Shown here piece after piece: positions 25,099 through 38,820 of a stretch of 64,000 bases of DNA (positions are counted from its first letter, which is position 1; every line of letters begins with the position of its first letter). Made by a program: the position numbers and the translations under genes. The notes below the pieces were generated by a model, which saw nothing but the letters and a program-made list of their open reading frames with translations, did not search any database and had not been told where the DNA came from. This stretch comes from Raillietiella orientalis (Eukaryota), in contig JAYWIR010000011.1 of NCBI GenBank assembly GCA_036172245.1, forward strand, positions 2,046,001 to 2,110,000, in the 5' to 3' direction.

Positions 25099-27249
25099 AA
25101 CCCCAGTCCTCGCGGGGTGGCTGCGGGAGCGTCTCCTCGCAGGCGGACTTCCTCACAGCATCGCTGGTGCCCGAGGGCGTCCCCGCTCGTGCCCGCAACA
25201 GCGGTCGGCTGCAGCTGCTGTCGGCTGATTCGGGCGGCGTCTGGCGGATGCACTGGCGGATCGAGAGGCCAAGTCGTCAGTCAGTGCAATGCTGGTCCGC
25301 CAGGTGGCAGGCGGAGGCGACAAGCTCGAGCGGTCAGGTTGGCTCGCCAGCCGCAACCGGCCAATCTTCAGCCAACGTTGCTACTGGCGCAGCAGCGAAT
25401 GTGTGGTCCCCTGCCAGCCTGGAAAGTGATGACAAGAACGGCGTGCGTCAGCCCTCGAGGAAACGCGCTCAACCGTGGGAGACGGGCGTGTTCTCCGAGG
25501 TCTGAAAGTGGGAAGCTGATAAGTTGCGTTAGTTGGCGTTGGAGCCATGGCTCCGCTTCCAGACTACCGTGAGAAGGATGCGGGGTCGCGTTTCGGGTTC
25601 GGTGCCTAGGGGAAGGCGGTCGCCGCAGGCTGAAATCGAACGCCACCTTCCTATCCCTCGCTCTCCACAGAGCGCGACCTCCTCACGTTTTCGCCGCTCC
25701 TTTCCCTGAGCGATTCGATTCCGCGAGTCGGTCCAGACTCCCTCGCTTTCGCATCAGCAGCGAGCGCACCAGACGGAGCACTTCGCACCCTTCCAGGCAT
25801 TCCTTCCTCCGCGGCGACGGACTCTCGAGCTGCTTCCCATCTGCCGGTTCCTATCTCTCGCTGACATTCGTGCGCACCCTGAAATCTCGACTAACAGCTA
25901 CTCAGGACCATTCCCAAAGGAATTTTCTTACGTCCACGAGACTCCATGTGGTGTCCAACGACCTCCGGCTTGATCAGTGGATCCTATGCGATCGGGCCGG
26001 AACTGCAGGCATGATTTTTCAGCTTCGTGAAGTGCGCATCCTGGACTCAAGTCTGCCTCCGAGCCAGTCCTCGTGGGACCATCGGAAGAAGTGCGTTCGA
26101 CCACTGGAAGAACCTCGCAGAGGACGTCTTCCTGCTGTCCTCCTCGAAAGGCTTCCCGTAAGAGCATGACTCTCCAAAAGCGGCTCGAAAAGCGTAGGCT
26201 CGAACAAGCGCCCCTGCCCGATTGCGCGCCTGCAGCAGAGCGCCAAGTGAGAACTGAAGGCAAATGGAGAAGTCGGCCGAAGAGCAAAAAAGTCATGTGA
26301 AGGGAACGTCGCTCTCGAGGATAAGACTTGCATCCTTCTCCTCAGCTCCTCCCCAAGTCGGGCGAGCTCGGTTTCCGGTTTCGAGATCGCTTGTCAGCGT
26401 CGCTCCCCGGAAACGTTGCTCTTCCTGTTCCCTTCGCGGGGGTGAAAGAGATGCGGCGAAAATCGCTTGGCGAAAAGGCTGGATGCGGATTCGGACCTGC
26501 CACCAGCGAGAGTCGAGCAACAAGCATCTGGGAAACCTTGCGGGGGGTAAACGCGGCGATCTTCCCTGCCCCGCTCCAGAAAATCTCGCGGAACCAAAGA
26601 AGCATCGTGCCGCGGCCGCAAACTTACGAGGGGGAGAGCGCAAGCGCGACAGGGACCATCGAAAGAAGTGCGTGGCACCGTCAGAAGAAGCGCGTGAGGG
26701 TACCGGAAGAAGTGCCTGGTACCACTGGAAGAACCTCGCGGGACCATCGGAAGACGTGAGGAGTGGACAAGAAACGGAATGAGGGTTCTTCCGGCTCCCA
26801 TGCTTAGAGGAGCGAAGGATTCGCGCCGAGAGGGCTGAGCAGCGCCTGGCCGTCCCGGGACCCTCTCGGGTCACCAAATGAGAGGCGCTCCAGTGGAGCG
26901 CAGGTCATGCAGTGGCAGCACGCTGCGTCTTGATAGGCGCGCGCATCCTCCGGTTCCAGAAGCCGGAGCCGTTTCAGGACGAGCGTCGCAAACAGATGCA
27001 GGCGCTCGTAGCAGCCGCGAGTGCAGTCCACGAAGGGAGCTGAAGATTTGTGAGACGTTGGCGCGGTCGACGGGAAGTTTTCGGGAAGATGGACCTCGTG
27101 AGACTGGCACCTCGCGCCATGGCTCACGACGGTTTCGAGGGGTCTGACGAAGAAGACACGGACTGCGAAAGGAATGAGGGGAGGAGGGAAGAGGAGTAAC
27201 AGGAAGCCCGCAACCGGGAAAGGATGCTCCAAACACATGGCGACTAAGG

Positions 27250-27450
27250 CGAAAAAGCGCTTCGTGCGGCACACGCGATCCTTCGCGTGCCAGGCCGGTC
27301 TACATGTCAGCAAGATCGAACGTCCGGTTCGCGGGTGGCCTCTGGAGCACGTGAGGGTACAGCGATTGCATTTGGTCACGCCTGCAGCGTGCATCCTCGT
27401 CCGGGAACGAGGGATGATTCAGGGAAGCAACGGGGAAGCGCAATAAACGG
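27250..27450 (-). mobile_element. Possible degenerate LINE ORF1 zinc-knuckle region
   Basis: Minus frame CSRGHPRTGRSILLTCRPAWHAKDRVC loosely resembles the GQPRTCxxCxxxGHxAKDC knuckle of L1-clade ORF1. Heavily decayed. Confidence 0.3.
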
Positions 27451-30400
27451 AGAGGGGGTGAAGAGCGCCTGGTTACGTGCGACAGAGTAGGTGGATCTCT
27501 TCGTTTCCACAGGAACCACTGCACGCCGTGACGCACGGATGGAGCTTTTCCGAACGCAGGGCTGTCCATGTGCCGATCTGCCGTGCGGTCTATGGATGAT
27601 ACTGAGGCTGCAAGGCAAGGCGTTTCCATAGTACCCGGAACCTTTGGTCGGTGGCTACTCCATGGACACCCAACTCCGACCAGGAAGAATGAAGTTGGTA
27701 GGGCCACACTTGAGAAGGCGAGCTGTAGGTGTCCAGACAGAAGCGGAGAAGCAGCGGAAAGCGGAATTTCCGGGCTCGAAGAGCGAAAGTACGTATGTAG
27801 TCTATGTATGCAGGCTATTTACATACGAAAGCTTCCACGTGAGTCGAGGTCACCCAACCGCTGCCCAACACTCTTCTCACTGAACAGGGTCGTGGCTCAT
27901 ATGAACGGATGCGTAGAAGACGCCCTCCCCTCTCCTGATACGTGTAAGCGAAATGACGAAAGACTCAACGATCATCGTTGCGTTTTGTCGTCGCGCCATT
28001 CCCGAAGAGGTGCAGGTATCCTGCCGCAGACAGTCGCCAAAGCAGGATTAATTCCGTTGATTCGCTCGGAGAAAATAAACCCATACATCAGATTTTCTTC
28101 TCATTAGGGGAGGACGGGTAGGAGAGGATGGGAGGGGGGGGGGGGACGGGAAAACCCCAATAATAACAACAGAGGGCGCGCCCCAGTGAAATAAGTACAA
28201 GGCTGACTACTGCACTATTGGAAAAAAGCGAAAATTCGAGCACTCCTGGACAGATCCCCTCCCGGCACGGGTGCAGGGGACGTCGGCAGACTGATCACGC
28301 GAGCACTTAAGTCCCCCGCCCATATTGTCTCTGGAATATTTCGAGAGCCAGCACGTGGGGAAGCGCACGTTCAGCCGCCAAGTGAACCAAAGTCGATCCT
28401 GATTTCTCACTCGGATTCCTCGAGGAGCTCTGGCTGAAGGCAGAGGGAAGCCTCGATGCCGTATCGATTTGAGTCTGCCTTGTTTCCCGGGATTCAATTT
28501 TAGAAATTCCGCCAACCTGCCTTCAGCTTACGTTCGGTTTCCGTGGCCGAAGTGTCCCCTCGAAATATTCCTGCTGCCGCCAGATGCAGACCTGGGGATC
28601 CGCAGTGGCTGCATCCCACGAAGCCCATTCTACGCTGCTGCGGGATCAAATGCAGCCGAGATTCAAAGTCACATCTCGGCCATCAATTTCCGTTCGCCCT
28701 CGGTTCCATCGTGCCTCGATGCGGACGTTCCAACGTCACTATTGACGATTGACACGGTGAAACGGAGCGGTCTGTGTGCTCATCATTGCGAATCAGTAAG
28801 CCCACTAATGGCAAAGTGCAATCGGAGGAGCAGTCTGTCGATTCGACAACAGCGCACCTGAGAAATTCGGGTTGCTCTTGAGGTCATCATCTCCGCTGAT
28901 GCGTTTCGGACGGAATCTCGCGAAGAAGAAGACCGGTGAATGGACACTTGGCAGCGAATCGGCCGGATTGCAGAATACACGTTCCCTTCCACCTCCCCCT
29001 TTTTTAAAAAAAAAACAAAAAAAAAAAAGTAAAAGAAAAGAAAGGCAGGTGGGCTCGGGAAGAATTCCGCCTCGGTTGCGGAGTTTCGCGAGCAAGCACA
29101 ACTGCGCGGCACCCATGGTTTCAGACGCGGATTTCGTGTTCACGGATGGCTGGCTGTTTCGGCTTTTGAAAGGACCACCGGCTGCGAATCCAACGGGAAC
29201 CCGCTGGTTCCGAAAGTGGAAGATTCGGTGCCGCTAGCAGCCTTCATCTGCTGGCACGGCAAGCCCTCTCTAATCCAGTGGCAAAGAGCCCTTCTTCGGA
29301 TGAGCGGGGATTCGAGACCAGGTCCGAGTTGCGCCATCCCGGCATGCGGTTTCCCAAGAAGGATGAGGAAGCATCCCGAGTTGAGTTACATTGAGACGCG
29401 GGCATCCAGCCGAGGAAACCAAACGATTTTAAGGACGAGTTATCCAAAGGCACCGTCCTGCTCCTCTCCGTATGAAGAAGGATGCTGCGGTTGATCTTAC
29501 CCATGAAGCATGAAGCATGGCCGCCTCTTCGTTCCAAGCCTGTTGCAGGAGGAGGAAACTCGTCCACAAACATTGACGTTGACTGGTTTGATCGAAACGG
29601 ATTGAACTTTTTGTCAGCAAGACCGTCAGTGAGTGTTCTGGCGAACTGTGTCCTCAGCAGGAGACTCGAGAGTGTTCAAAGAAAAACCCATCCCATTCAT
29701 AAGTTCATTTCCGAGTTCAGCACAGCACAGTGCAGTCCTCAGGTTCTGTTATTTTAACACGCTCTTGAAGCCCACGAGCGAATTCAATTCATGTGCTTAA
29801 AAACGAGCCCTTCTTATTATTTGTTCCACTTATTTATTTTTTTGTACATGCTTTCCTTGTTGGAAATCCATTTTTCCCTTGGAGTCACTCGAAGTCGCAC
29901 CGTGGTTCAAAGCGTGAAAATGACTATGAATAAATTACTGTACTCCCAATATTGCCCGCTTCTTCTTCGGGATCAAGGGGTTAGCCCTTTTCTTCCTTTC
30001 CTGCTTTTCCCCTAAAGTCCTTTTGTTCTGGTTTTCTTCTTCCTCATCGTCTTCTTCCTGGAATCCTACCTGCAACCCGGCTGACTGCTATCGTTCTCAT
30101 GGGATCGCTCTTCTGCTTTCCCTGTCGCACGGCGTCGAGGTAGCGCGCGAGGCATCAAAGGGTTATTGAAAATCGGCTTGCATGAATAGCCCATGGAGCA
30201 CAGACCGGGTAGTGCCGGAGGCGAAGTGCGGCTTGATGCAGGAGAGAAGAGCGGTGCTGCTGAGCTTCCCGTTTCTTCTTCGACGTGGAAACGAGCTGGC
30301 CATGAGGGAAAATTCGAATCCGATTAGCGTGCCGCCGGCGTCGGCGAGTCCTTCGGCGCCCTCCTCTCGCAGATTCTCCTCCCTTTCCGTTTATTGCCAC

Positions 30401-33400
30401 GTACTTCATTAAGATATAAATTATCATTTATTCATCCGCTCCTTCGGGAGGGAAAGGAGAAAAAAAGGAGGAGGACCACACTTCAATGGATAATTTATCT
30501 TGGGGAGAGAGGGACACAAGCATGGAAGCACCGCAAGGCGAACTTAAATCAACTTGGGATTAGGCCTTTCTTTAATGATGGCAGCAACACGACTTTTCAG
30601 AAACCGACGCATGGATCCCGAATTTTTCGCGCGGATACATTCCAAGAAATGAAATGAAAAAGAAGATGAAGAAGGAAGGAATCAAAGAGGGAGGGAGTTA
30701 TTATTTTTTTGAATCCAAAGGTGAACCACGTCTCTTGCACTGCATTCTGCAACCAGCATCCCCTCGCTCACCCTGCCGCCGTCTCTGCGCGTCGGGTGCC
30801 TCCCGTTCAGTCATCTTCCTCCAGATCGTTAGCAACGGCAGAATCATCATGCGAAATACAGAGTGGATTTCCGGCGCAACGTGTTCCAAAACTGTACAGC
30901 GAGGTCCACGGATCGGAACCGGAATTCGGAAAAACCCATTCAAGATTGTGGACTAGGGATGTTTGCTCATCGGATTGCTCTTACTGGTACGTGATCCTGA
31001 TGGGATGCTGGCTTATCGGTTATGCTTTCCTTTTTTTTCTTTTGGCCGAACGCAATCTGCAGAGTTTTGTTGCTAAACAGTGCTGATCCCTGGCATGTTT
31101 TCTGATTGAAGCACCTGAGCAGGAGACCATCGTGTTTTCGGTCCGTTAAGAAAACAGAAAGAGCGGAATGCATTTGGCGATGCGCTTTCTCGGATCGTTC
31201 CTATGACTCCTCGGGAACAAAAAGGGAAAGAGTCACAGTCGTCACTTCCGGAACTCCTTGCCGGTCTTGTCATAACGTGTTTCGTTCAAGGAGCAAGTTC
31301 TCCAGGCCGTTTCCAGGTGGCATCCCGTACTCGGTTGTATCCTAGCGGCAGGAGAGACTCTCTGGGCGTGGCAGTCATCTGACTCGAAGCCGCAACGTGG
31401 CTGCGAGGGCGCGCAGGTTTGGAGCGCCGCCTGCGAGAACCCACCAAACGTCCAACTCGCCTGGCTGCTGCTTGCCCAGCAGCTTTCCAGCCGGGGGGGG
31501 AGACCCCCGGCAATTGGCCCACAGGAGTTTCGACCACAGTTCCAGCAGAACGCTCTTCGTCAATTCGCGGTTCCTGCAGTTTCGGAACATCAGCGTCCGA
31601 ATCGCGCGCTTTCCGTTGCGAGGATACGGAATCGGTCCCGTTCTCTGTAGCACGCTTAGGTTCGTCTCCCTCCGGGACCACATCCCTGTCAGCTTTTCCG
31701 AAAGAGCGAAAGAGCAGCACAGTTGCGAAAATAAACCTCACATGCAAATTCTAGTGGCGCCCGCTCCACATCTCGCTCTCACAGAGGATCCTATTGATCT
31801 GCGTGCAACGCAGCCAATTGCATTTCAATCCGATCTGCCTCGAACGAGGGGCCTGCGTTGGACGGTTTCGAAATTCTGTGCCGACCCCCAGAATGAACAC
31901 ACTTCAGCCCACACAGGTGTCCTCGGAGTTGTCCCCAGTCCGACCTGCGGAGGGGCGGATTCACTGAACAGCTTGCAAGTAGCAAATGCAATCACACTTT
32001 TGTTTTCTTTCTTTCTTTTGCTAACATTCTCTCGAGTGTTCCTGCACGCAACACTTCAAGTCTTCAAGTGTCACTTGCTGTGTTCGCTTCGGAAAATCCT
32101 TCTTTCTCGGTGGAGGGATCGCCAGGGTCAGCTGGGCAGTCCACTCACCTGGGTCGCATCCGCCACCTTCTTCAAGATGCGGAGGCAAGCCCAGGAAGGT
32201 ACTCTGACGCAGCTCCTGATCCCTATTTCCATGTGGGTGACTCCCTGGATGGTGTTCACGGCAGGCACTATCGCCCCGGTGCTCCACAACTTCTCCCTTC
32301 TCATCGCGATGCTCGTGGTGGTGCGGACGATGGGATCGTGTCGGGGAACGCTCCCGTTCCCTTCAGACGTTGCCGCCAAGGTCTCCTCCACCTTCGCCTG
32401 CAGGCCGGTCACCGCCTTCAGCGATGTCCAATCCTGGCGCAGCGTCGGGGCAGGTGAAAGCGCGGAAATGGTTTTCCCTACCTCCGCAGGTCTTGCAGAG
32501 CTCGTCTTGGCTGCTGCCTGTCCGGTGTTTCAGTCGTCAGCCACTCAGGGTGCCTACGTGGCGGTACTCAGGGAGGTCATCCTCACTGCACGGTTGTGGG
32601 TCGCTCCTCCACCAACCGCCAGCCAGGTTCACGTTGCGGATCCCGTAGAGGCTGGTAACCTTGCCCGGTGTGCCATCTTCGCTGGTGCCCTCAGGGTTAC
32701 GCATGGGTTTTCGCAGGTTTGCTTGCGTGCTTCTCCCTAAGCTTCTCATCGTTTACAAAGGTGCCACGATGGCTTGAAAGAATTCACGTCATTCAGATGC
32801 ATGCAAATTTCCAAAAATCGGGGAGGAGGAAGAGGAATGGAGGAGAAGCAGACGGACGAAATAAAAAAAAAGGAATAAAACTTAATCTCGAGCTTAATTA
32901 TGCTTGCTCTTTATGACGTTTCCTCTGGCGTTCTCTGGCGGTTCCAGGCCGATGGTGGCTTCAGCGCAGCACAAGTGGCGTTCCTGAATTTTTTCCTTTC
33001 TGCTGCGGATGTCGCTGAGAGCATCATCATGTGCAGGTGATAAATACGTCTGGGTGCAGCAAAAAAGGAGAAAGGAACGCACCGCATGGATCGAGTCGCC
33101 TTGCCTGGAGGAGTGGGTGTGATTTTGCTTCGCGAATCCACGTGTGGATTTGAGACGGCGATCAGGGCTCGGGGATCCACCAGCGCGACACGCTTCAAGC
33201 TAACACGGGGAGCCACGTGCCGTTGTCTACGGTTGTGCAGCTGAGCTCAAAAGGACAAAGTTGTGTTCATTTTGTGTCATTTCGCGGACGACTGTGTGTT
33301 TTTCTTGTCTCTGCGTCTTCACGCCGTTCTTGTGGCCGGAAGACAGGGAAGGCCCTCGGGAGACCCTTACAGAGGCACACGGGAGGCATTGGACACGGAA

Positions 33401-35189
33401 GCTCGCTTTTGCTTGCTGACCGCTGCCGCAGAGTGAATGGTGCGTTCGAAGGGTGCTCAACAGCGTGCGTGGCTGCTGCTGCCTAAATTTTGCTTCTCGC
33501 GCTGACCTGCGGGTACGAATTTACGAGGGACTTCCATCAGACGGATCAAATGAAGATATCTTTGCTCGTTGGAGTCATTCTTCAGCAGTCTTCGGGAAAA
33601 GTCACAGGAAACCGAGGAAGTCCGCGAAAGGTAGGAAAAAAAAAAAAAAAAAAAAAGACTTTGATTTGCAGAGCGTTCATTTCTTGCTATAAATTTCATT
33701 CCTTTTCTCTGTTCTCGAGATGGAGGTCAGAATTGGGTTTTTGAAATTGGATGATGTATCGCGAAGGTCCGGACATTCATCCGTATCATTACTCAATCAC
33801 ATGTTCAGTGGTTGGAGCTGTAATCCATCAGAAATAAAGGATTCTCTGGAAGAGTATCCCAACCAATTCATTTCATAACAACAAGAATCATTACAAAGGC
33901 TTATTTTCCAGAACAATCTCATTTTACTATGCCCAACTCCTTTATTTACAAACAATCAGCTTTTTTTTAAAAAAAAAAAAAAAAATGGAAAAAATTGTGT
34001 TGCTATTTGCATTCGTACTAAGCTGGTCCATTCGGCAGAGAAGGCGTTGCTCCCCTCGAAAGAAAAATCATTTTCGTTCACCGTGATGATTTCCATAGCA
34101 ACGAACTCGGAAGCACGTGGCGGATCCGAAGCAAATTTCACTGCTGCCTCGCGAATCCTTCTTGGAAAAAGAAAAAAAGGAAGAAAAAAAAAATCTTTGG
34201 AATTCACTTTCTCGTCGATTTATTTATGTTCGGACGGACTCTGCACCAAAGCCGATCGGGAGCTGATTAACTCTTTTTCCAACGCCGTGCGCCCGGGTTT
34301 ATGCGCGCACCCGACTGGAAAATGAAAAACTTGGTGGATTCTCGAATCGCCCGCGGAAATTAACGGAGGAAATTTTTGGAAATGAAGACAGTGCTCTTGG
34401 GGAATCTCGTCCCGCGAATTCGGTTTCGCAAAACGGGAAGCAGGCGGAGCAGACTGACGGCCACCACCGAGCCAAAGCGGCTCCGCCGTCGCAAGAGGAA
34501 CTGCCCGTCCTCGGAGGAGGGACGCTGCGCGTTCGCAGCATCCGAAAGCGTCGTCTCTCATCTCGGCCCGCGGAGCAAACGGTGGGCGACGGAGCAGTGA
34601 CTTCTTGCAAAGGCGAAACGAAACCGAAACGGCGGCTCCTATTCTTTCGGAGTGCACCTCGGATGCGTTCTGCGGGGGTCGCCCCTTTCCTCCCCCACAC
34701 GTCGTTCGGCTGCAGCCGCCACGCCTTCCTCCCCCCTCCCCCCCCAAGTCCCGCCTGCCGCAAGCGCGGTGGCAGCCTCGGACGCAGGCGATGGGGTCCC
34801 CGATAACCGGGCACGTCTGGCCGGTGACCTAGGAAATGACTCTTAGGGAAGTGTGAGTTCGTAAAGCGCCAGGACTTGAACTCTTCTGCCCTCCCGAGAG
34901 TTTGCCAGCTCACTCGGAGTGCAACAGAGCTGCCCAGAGGTAAACGAAGAACTAAACGCGTAAACTGGAACGCTCTTGGAAAAATTCGAGTTGAGAAGCA
35001 GCATTTCCCTCCCTTCCTCCAGCTCGCTTCGTTTTTCAGTTCTGCTTTTTATTTTATTTTTTTTCTTTTCCAGCTCTTCGACGCTGACGTCTGCGTGCTG
35101 ACCCGTAGCTCCGTGCTTCGGGATTTTGTGGCCTTCGTTGTTCTCCCTCACTTCGTGTCGTTTCGGGGCAACTGTTCCGCTCACGCGAA

Positions 35190-35400
35190 AGGGAATGCGC
35201 GCGAGGGGTCGCTTTGCGCCGGAAACCGGTGCCCTCGTCGACTGGCCGGGATCGGAAGTCGACCCCGCGAGACCCTTCCAGGAACCGAGGAGTTCACCCT
35301 GGGGTTGCGAAAAAGGAGCCGTCGAGTGCGGTGGGGCTCGAGTGGATTGACACCTCTCCAGAGTGCCAAGTAGCGTGGCCACCTGCCTCTCCGCCCCCGT
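35190..35400. repeat. Interspersed repeat family 2, copy a
   Basis: GGAAACCGGTGCCCTC...TGGCCGGG...GAAGTCGACCC...CCTTCCAGGA at 35221-35283 aligns with 47878-47938. Confidence 0.75.
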
Positions 35401-35854
35401 CTGCCTTTCCCGCCGCGTCCAATCTTCCTTCGTCCGAAGGAGTGGACGCCGAGGACGAGTTGCCCCATCCCAGCGATTACTTGCGAGGGCCCGGACCGTC
35501 CGCATTCCTGCATTTCCCGCGTCTCATCTGTTGATCTGATTTCTTCGTTATCGAAACAGCCGCAGCCAAGTAGAGGACGGTGGACGTCTGCCCGGCTGCA
35601 GAACTCGGAGTAACACTTTGGTGTTTGCGGAATTCATTGGCCGCGGCCTCCCTTCCGGTCTCCGCGGTGGCGGCAGGGCGACGACCGTCGGGTGTGCACG
35701 CGGGGTAGACGAGAAGAAGAAGTGGAGGAGGAGGAGGAATAAGAAGGAGAAAGGAAAAGAAGTGCTTGCATTATTGAGTGATTATTTGCTTCTTTCGTGT
35801 ACAGCCATGTGTACCGTCTCGCTCACGCGTGCACTCTCTCTCTCTCTTGCGCGC

Positions 35855-37386
35855 TAGGAGCTTCGTTCTCGTTGTGATGGAGACCTTGCGGTGGCACACA
35901 GCAGATCGTTGCTGCGCCCCCTGATTTTTTGTTTGCCCTGCCCCACACAACATCAGGAAGCGAACCGAGGATCTCCTGAGCGAAGCCCTGTGGGTCACAG
36001 GGAGGCCTCGAGTTCTCTATAAAGACTTGTGTGCTCCGCGTAAGGATGGCGGACTGGGTCTCCTTACGCCGGAGAGGATGGAGCGTCAGCTCCAAGTTAG
36101 AAGACTCGCCCTTGCGGCGAGACTATGGAACACGCCTTGATGCGCGCCTGCACGGTTCGCCAGAAGAGCGACCGGCTGAGAAGGATCGACCTCGACGCTC
36201 GTTTCCAGCGACACCAACCTGCGTCAATGTAGCCGTCAGCTGCGTCAGATGGTCGTCTGGTGCGGGAGAACACATGGATCTCCTGCCTCGCCGCGAACTG
36301 CACTGCCTGGCTACAGGAGTCGCTTCGCACGTGGGAGAGGATCCACGGCTCGAGCGAGGCGGAGTACGCCTGCCTCCGGAAAGGGAGGTACGCTCGACAG
36401 CCCCTGCGGGAGATCGTATGCAACCCACGCCAACTGCTGAGCCTCGTTCACCTCCCTTGCCCCGGTGCTGCCCTCCCTTAAAAGCTCTCCTCGAAAGGCA
36501 TGAAGTGAGCATTTTGTTAACAGATGCATGTTTAATGCCTCCCCAAGCTGGACAGCAATGAACCGGCAAGATGGGAGGTGCCCTGCTGTATCGAAGGCAG
36601 GAAAAAACTTTTAAGCGCGTGGACAACTCGGCAGCCAGCGGACGCTGCGACCCCAGGTGTCCCCCCGAAAGGACTTGTAAGCTGGGGCGAGCTGCTGTAA
36701 ATGTGGACCGGAGGAGGTGAAGTGGCCCCCAGCGTGACATTGGCACCCTTCCCATGAAGTGGCAAGAGATGTCGTTGCTGTTGTTGCATCGGGGAGTCAG
36801 TCCCACGCCTCCATCATTAGACACGGGGGAGTACGGATGCCGATTGCGAAAGCTGCGGCAAGAAGGTCTCCTTCTCTCCACCTATTAATAGACTGTCGGC
36901 TCCTCCTCATGAGTGACTCCCTGCCGCCGGCCTTATCTCCAGCAGTTCTCTGCTGTGCCCGCGGAATCGCGGCGAGCTGGAGCGCCAGAATAATGGGCTA
37001 CCATAGCAGGGATGCCATTCACTGGACGGAAATCTTCCTGAAGACCGCTCCCCGATGGCCTCAACTGCAACCAAAGAATGCAGAACTTGTCAGCATCCTG
37101 AACAGGATGCAGAGGACGTCTCCGGGAGAATAGTGATCCTTCCCGCCCCTTTTCCTCGAAAAACTTTCCCCTTCCCCCTCCCCTTTTTTGTCTTTGTGTT
37201 TGTTTTCGTGTGGTTTTCCCTCCCCCTTCGCCGCTGGAGCGGACCTCACCGGTGTCTGCGTGCAGGTTTTTGGCAAGTCCTTCGCGCGTGGTAGAACCAA
37301 CGAGTTGTTCCACCACGATTTTGTACCACGTCACGACTTTTACTACAATTTTTTCATAATGAATGTCTCGGCAAATCCGGGTGATA
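35855..37386 (+). mobile_element. 5'-truncated L1/Tx1-like element, copy 2
   Basis: CAPRKDGGLGLL (~36029), WLQESLRTW, PMKWQEMSLLLLH, HLLIDC and AVLCCARGIAASWS, then the T-rich tract and shared 3' UTR. Many stops and frameshifts. Confidence 0.85.
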
Positions 37387-37392
37387 AACCAC

Positions 37393-38820
37393 GGTCCGTA
37401 GGGTCGTCCCAAAACGTTCTCATAAGGGCCAGAGGGCAACACGGTCCACGAGCAGGTGCGGGAGGGATCTCCTTGCCTACCCACACCTACGACAGACCGG
37501 GCTCGTCCTCCCCAGCGTCCAGTGGTGTCGGCGGGAGTTGTAGGGAAGACTCCAGTGCAACAACAGAAGTGCCGACCCCTGCCACTTCAAGGGGAGAGCG
37601 CTGCTGTTCTTGAACCTCTCCAGATCTTCGCTAAGAATACTGAGCAGCTTTCCCCAGCTCTGTAGTCCTCGCGGAAAGGCACTCGGGGTCGCAATATCCG
37701 CCAGCTGCCCCATGGTTCATCCACTCATGAGCTTCCTCCTGCCCGCGATCTCGCAGCAAACTCCCCCCTCGGCGGTTGGCTGCTTCCAACTACCCTCCTC
37801 AGGAAGGGCGTCGTTGCCGCGAGGGGGTGCTCTCCGCTCACGTGCTCATTCTGGGACTCTCCAGGATCTTCCGCAGTGGGCAGCGGGTGTGGATGCCATT
37901 CTTCGGATCTCGGCTCGTTCATCTTCGCCCACGTGGCAACAGCTTCCTCTAGCCAGGCGCTCGAGTTGGCGGGGCATCCAGCCGTTCTCCATCTCCAAGG
38001 CGGTCATACGTATCCGAGGAGGAGACCTCATCTTCTCACCTTCCGGCAGGAGCGCAAAAGGTAGGAGGCAAGTCCTTCCGTAGGGGATACATGGCTGACG
38101 AGGAGGCGTGCAGGAACGCACCAGGGGTATTTCGCTGCGATGGCCATCGTTCGCCATCCCAGCTGGAGAATTTCCGTCCGCTCCAGAGCCAGGAGACCGA
38201 GGCCGCCGTCCCGGGGCGGAGCACACGGGTCCGTCAGCCGGACTCGGGACCTCCCACCACTGCTCCGAAAGGTCCCCATGGAAACGTTTTGAGACCACCC
38301 TAAGGGCCGTGGTTGGCACCTCCAGGGAAGTTTTACGGCTCCTCTTAACTCGGGTCCCCATTCGAACACACAAGTCTTTCGCCTTTTACTCTTCGTGCGA
38401 AGTCAGCCGCATCCCCAGCAGCGCTTTGCTGCATCCGCGGGATCGCCGCAGCCTGGAGAGAAGTCGACAGAGGGAGGAACGGGAGGGACGCCGTCCAGTT
38501 CGCAGTTCGCTTTCTACGGATGGAGGCCAGATGGCCCCACCTGTGGCCTATTCGGACAGACCTAGACGGCATGCTGGAAAGGATGCAGAGACTCCCTCCA
38601 GTGGATAGCGGTCTCTTTCCGACCCTCCCGAATATTTTTATTTATTTTCCTCTTGTTCCCTCCCCCCTCCCTTCCGCTGTCGAGGTGAGCCCTACCGGTC
38701 TGCGTGCCGGTGGCCCGGCGGGTCCGTGGACAAACGGAGTGTAGTTGGACCTCATGTCCTGCCACAATCTGCGAGTTCCTTTCCAATTTTGACAGACGCC
38801 CCGGCGCGTGGGGGGTGGAA
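37393..38820. mobile_element. L1/Tx1-like element, copy 3, with inverted 5' segment (37393-~38265 minus; 38271-38820 plus)
   Basis: Minus segment encodes CAPPRDGGLGLL...WLEEAVATW...PLKWQGSALLLLHWSLP...CRRCG...PHLLVD. Plus segment resumes at PWKRFETTL and ends in the shared 3' UTR. Confidence 0.85.

Noticed and set aside
31397..32740. 447-aa plus-strand ORF as a real gene
   Set aside because: No recognisable domain. The opposite strand looks like decayed mobile-element coding sequence that I cannot classify.
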